Below are positions 35,900 to 36,590 of a stretch of 36,590 nucleotides of DNA, piece after piece. Source of the DNA: a virus; IMG/VR virus record IMGVR_UViG_3300029996_000144. The stretch is one strand, 5' to 3'. The stretch's first letter is position 1, and each line of letters begins with the position of its first letter. A program made the position numbers and the translations under genes. The notes under the pieces were generated by a model. The model was not told the origin of the DNA, made no database searches, and saw only the letters and a list, made by a program, of their open reading frames with translations.

Positions 35900-36590
35900 G
35901 AATTTCGAAGAGAAAACAGATGTTGACGACTGGGATCGTCGACTTGAACAACAACCAGATCGATGTAGATGCTATCGACTGGTCGATGTTCGACCGTAAC
36001 CCCGTCCTTCGATACGACCGTAAAAACGAAGGCCACAAGGGTGTCGTCATCGGAAAAGTGATCGAGCGCGAGCGGGTCGGCAACGGGTTCGCTGGACGGC
36101 TGGTGTTCATGGAGCGTTTCGAAGACGCGGACATCGCTTTCGAAAAGTACGATCAAGGCGTCCTGACCTATGTTTCGATCGGTGGGTACGGTCTCGGTCA
36201 GGAGAACGAGGACGGCGTATTCGTCTGCGAGAAGTATGTGCCGCGTGAAGTGTCGCTTGTCGCCTTCCCTGCGAACATGGAGTGCCATCCGATTAACGAG
36301 AGCGAGGTGACGGCTTCGGAGAAGCGGGTCATCGATCAGCTCAAAGTAACCGGATCAGAGGTTCGCTACCTCTCGATGTCTACTGGTATGCCCTACGACA
36401 CGTATATGGGGCAGATCGAGGCGGCAGCTGAGGGTGAAGGCGAACCCGTCGAGGCGGCAGCTGAGGGTGAAGGCGAACCCGTCGAGGCGGCAGCTGAGGG
36501 TGAAGGCGAACCCGTCGAGGCAGCAGCCGAGGGCGAAGGCGAACCCGTCGAGGCAGCAGCTGAGGGTGAAGGCGAACCCGTCGAGGCAGC
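35896..36590 (+). CDS. N-terminal part of the wrap-around ORF: HK97-type prohead protease (peptidase S78) domain followed by an AAAEGEGEPVE repeat linker. It continues at 1..1543.
   Basis: REVSLVAFPANMECHP matches the S78 'E-S-V..PAN' block. GHKGVV and LTYVSIGGYG fit the catalytic His/Ser blocks. No stop before the window end, and the frame is continuous with nt 2 onward. Confidence 0.7.
   Translation, partial: MRISKRKQMLTTGIVDLNNNQIDVDAIDWSMFDRNPVLRYDRKNEGHKGVVIGKVIERERVGNGFAGRLVFMERFEDADIAFEKYDQGVLTYVSIGGYGLGQENEDGVFVCEKYVPREVSLVAFPANMECHPINESEVTASEKRVIDQLKVTGSEVRYLSMSTGMPYDTYMGQIEAAAEGEGEPVEAAAEGEGEPVEAAAEGEGEPVEAAAEGEGEPVEAAAEGEGEPVEA
36421..36590 (+). repeat. Coding 33-bp tandem repeat, 5 units plus a partial unit, contiguous with 1..193 across the circular junction.
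   Basis: Direct reading. Confidence 0.9.
36492..36590. repeat. 99-bp exact duplicate of nt 1-99 (terminal overlap of a circular contig).
   Basis: Character-by-character identity of 36492-36590 with 1-99. Confidence 0.85.

Noticed and set aside
36492-36590. Considered genuine short direct terminal repeats (T7-like) rather than an assembly overlap.
   Set aside because: The duplicated 99 bp lie inside a coding tandem repeat and would have to be an exact k-mer-length copy, so an assembler overlap is more parsimonious. This is unproven without reads.

Overview
The window reads as an essentially complete, circularly closed dsDNA phage genome. The last 99 nt (36492-36590) are identical to nt 1-99, consistent with a k-mer overlap of a circular contig, which gives about 36.49 kb of unique sequence. 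There are two divergent transcription arms that meet at a convergent hairpin terminator (13791-13825) and diverge from a 1.67-kb repeat-rich non-coding control region (27693-29361). The plus-strand (late) arm runs 29399 -> window end -> wraps -> 13793. In order it carries: small protein, large terminase, five unknown genes including a u-spanin-like lipoprotein, portal, then a single wrap-around ORF fusing an S78/HK97-type prohead protease to an 8-11 x 33-bp (AAAEGEGEPVE) repeat linker and a capsid-sized domain. After that comes a P2/Mu-like contractile tail module: sheath, tube, chaperone with a -1 frameshift site, tape measure, hub/spike/wedge/J-like baseplate proteins, an M15 peptidase, fibre, and a 3-TM membrane protein. 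The minus-strand (early) arm runs 27692 -> 13807. It carries a mini Rad50/SbcC-like ATPase with a CPAC zinc hook, small membrane/zinc-ribbon proteins, MBL-fold hydrolase, DUF2815 SSB-like protein, family-A DNA polymerase, PrimPol-D5/VirE primase-helicase, sigma-region-4-like HTH protein, VRR-NUC nuclease, Dps-like ferritin, SNF2 helicase, a pentapeptide-repeat protein and an orphan C5 cytosine methyltransferase. I found no integrase, repressor, partition genes, tRNA, CRISPR or transposase, so the element looks virulent as assembled. A-rich SD-less leaders and one TTTG/TATATTTG promoter match point to a relatively GC-rich Bacteroidota host (inference). Items I would look at again: the protease-linker-capsid fusion across the junction; a 51-nt homopolymer directly abutting a start codon; the iteron/palindrome-rich control region; the pentapeptide-repeat/MTase pair; the phage Dps; and the hook-containing mini SMC ATPase. 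All functional calls rest on motifs I recognised by eye. No database search was possible.
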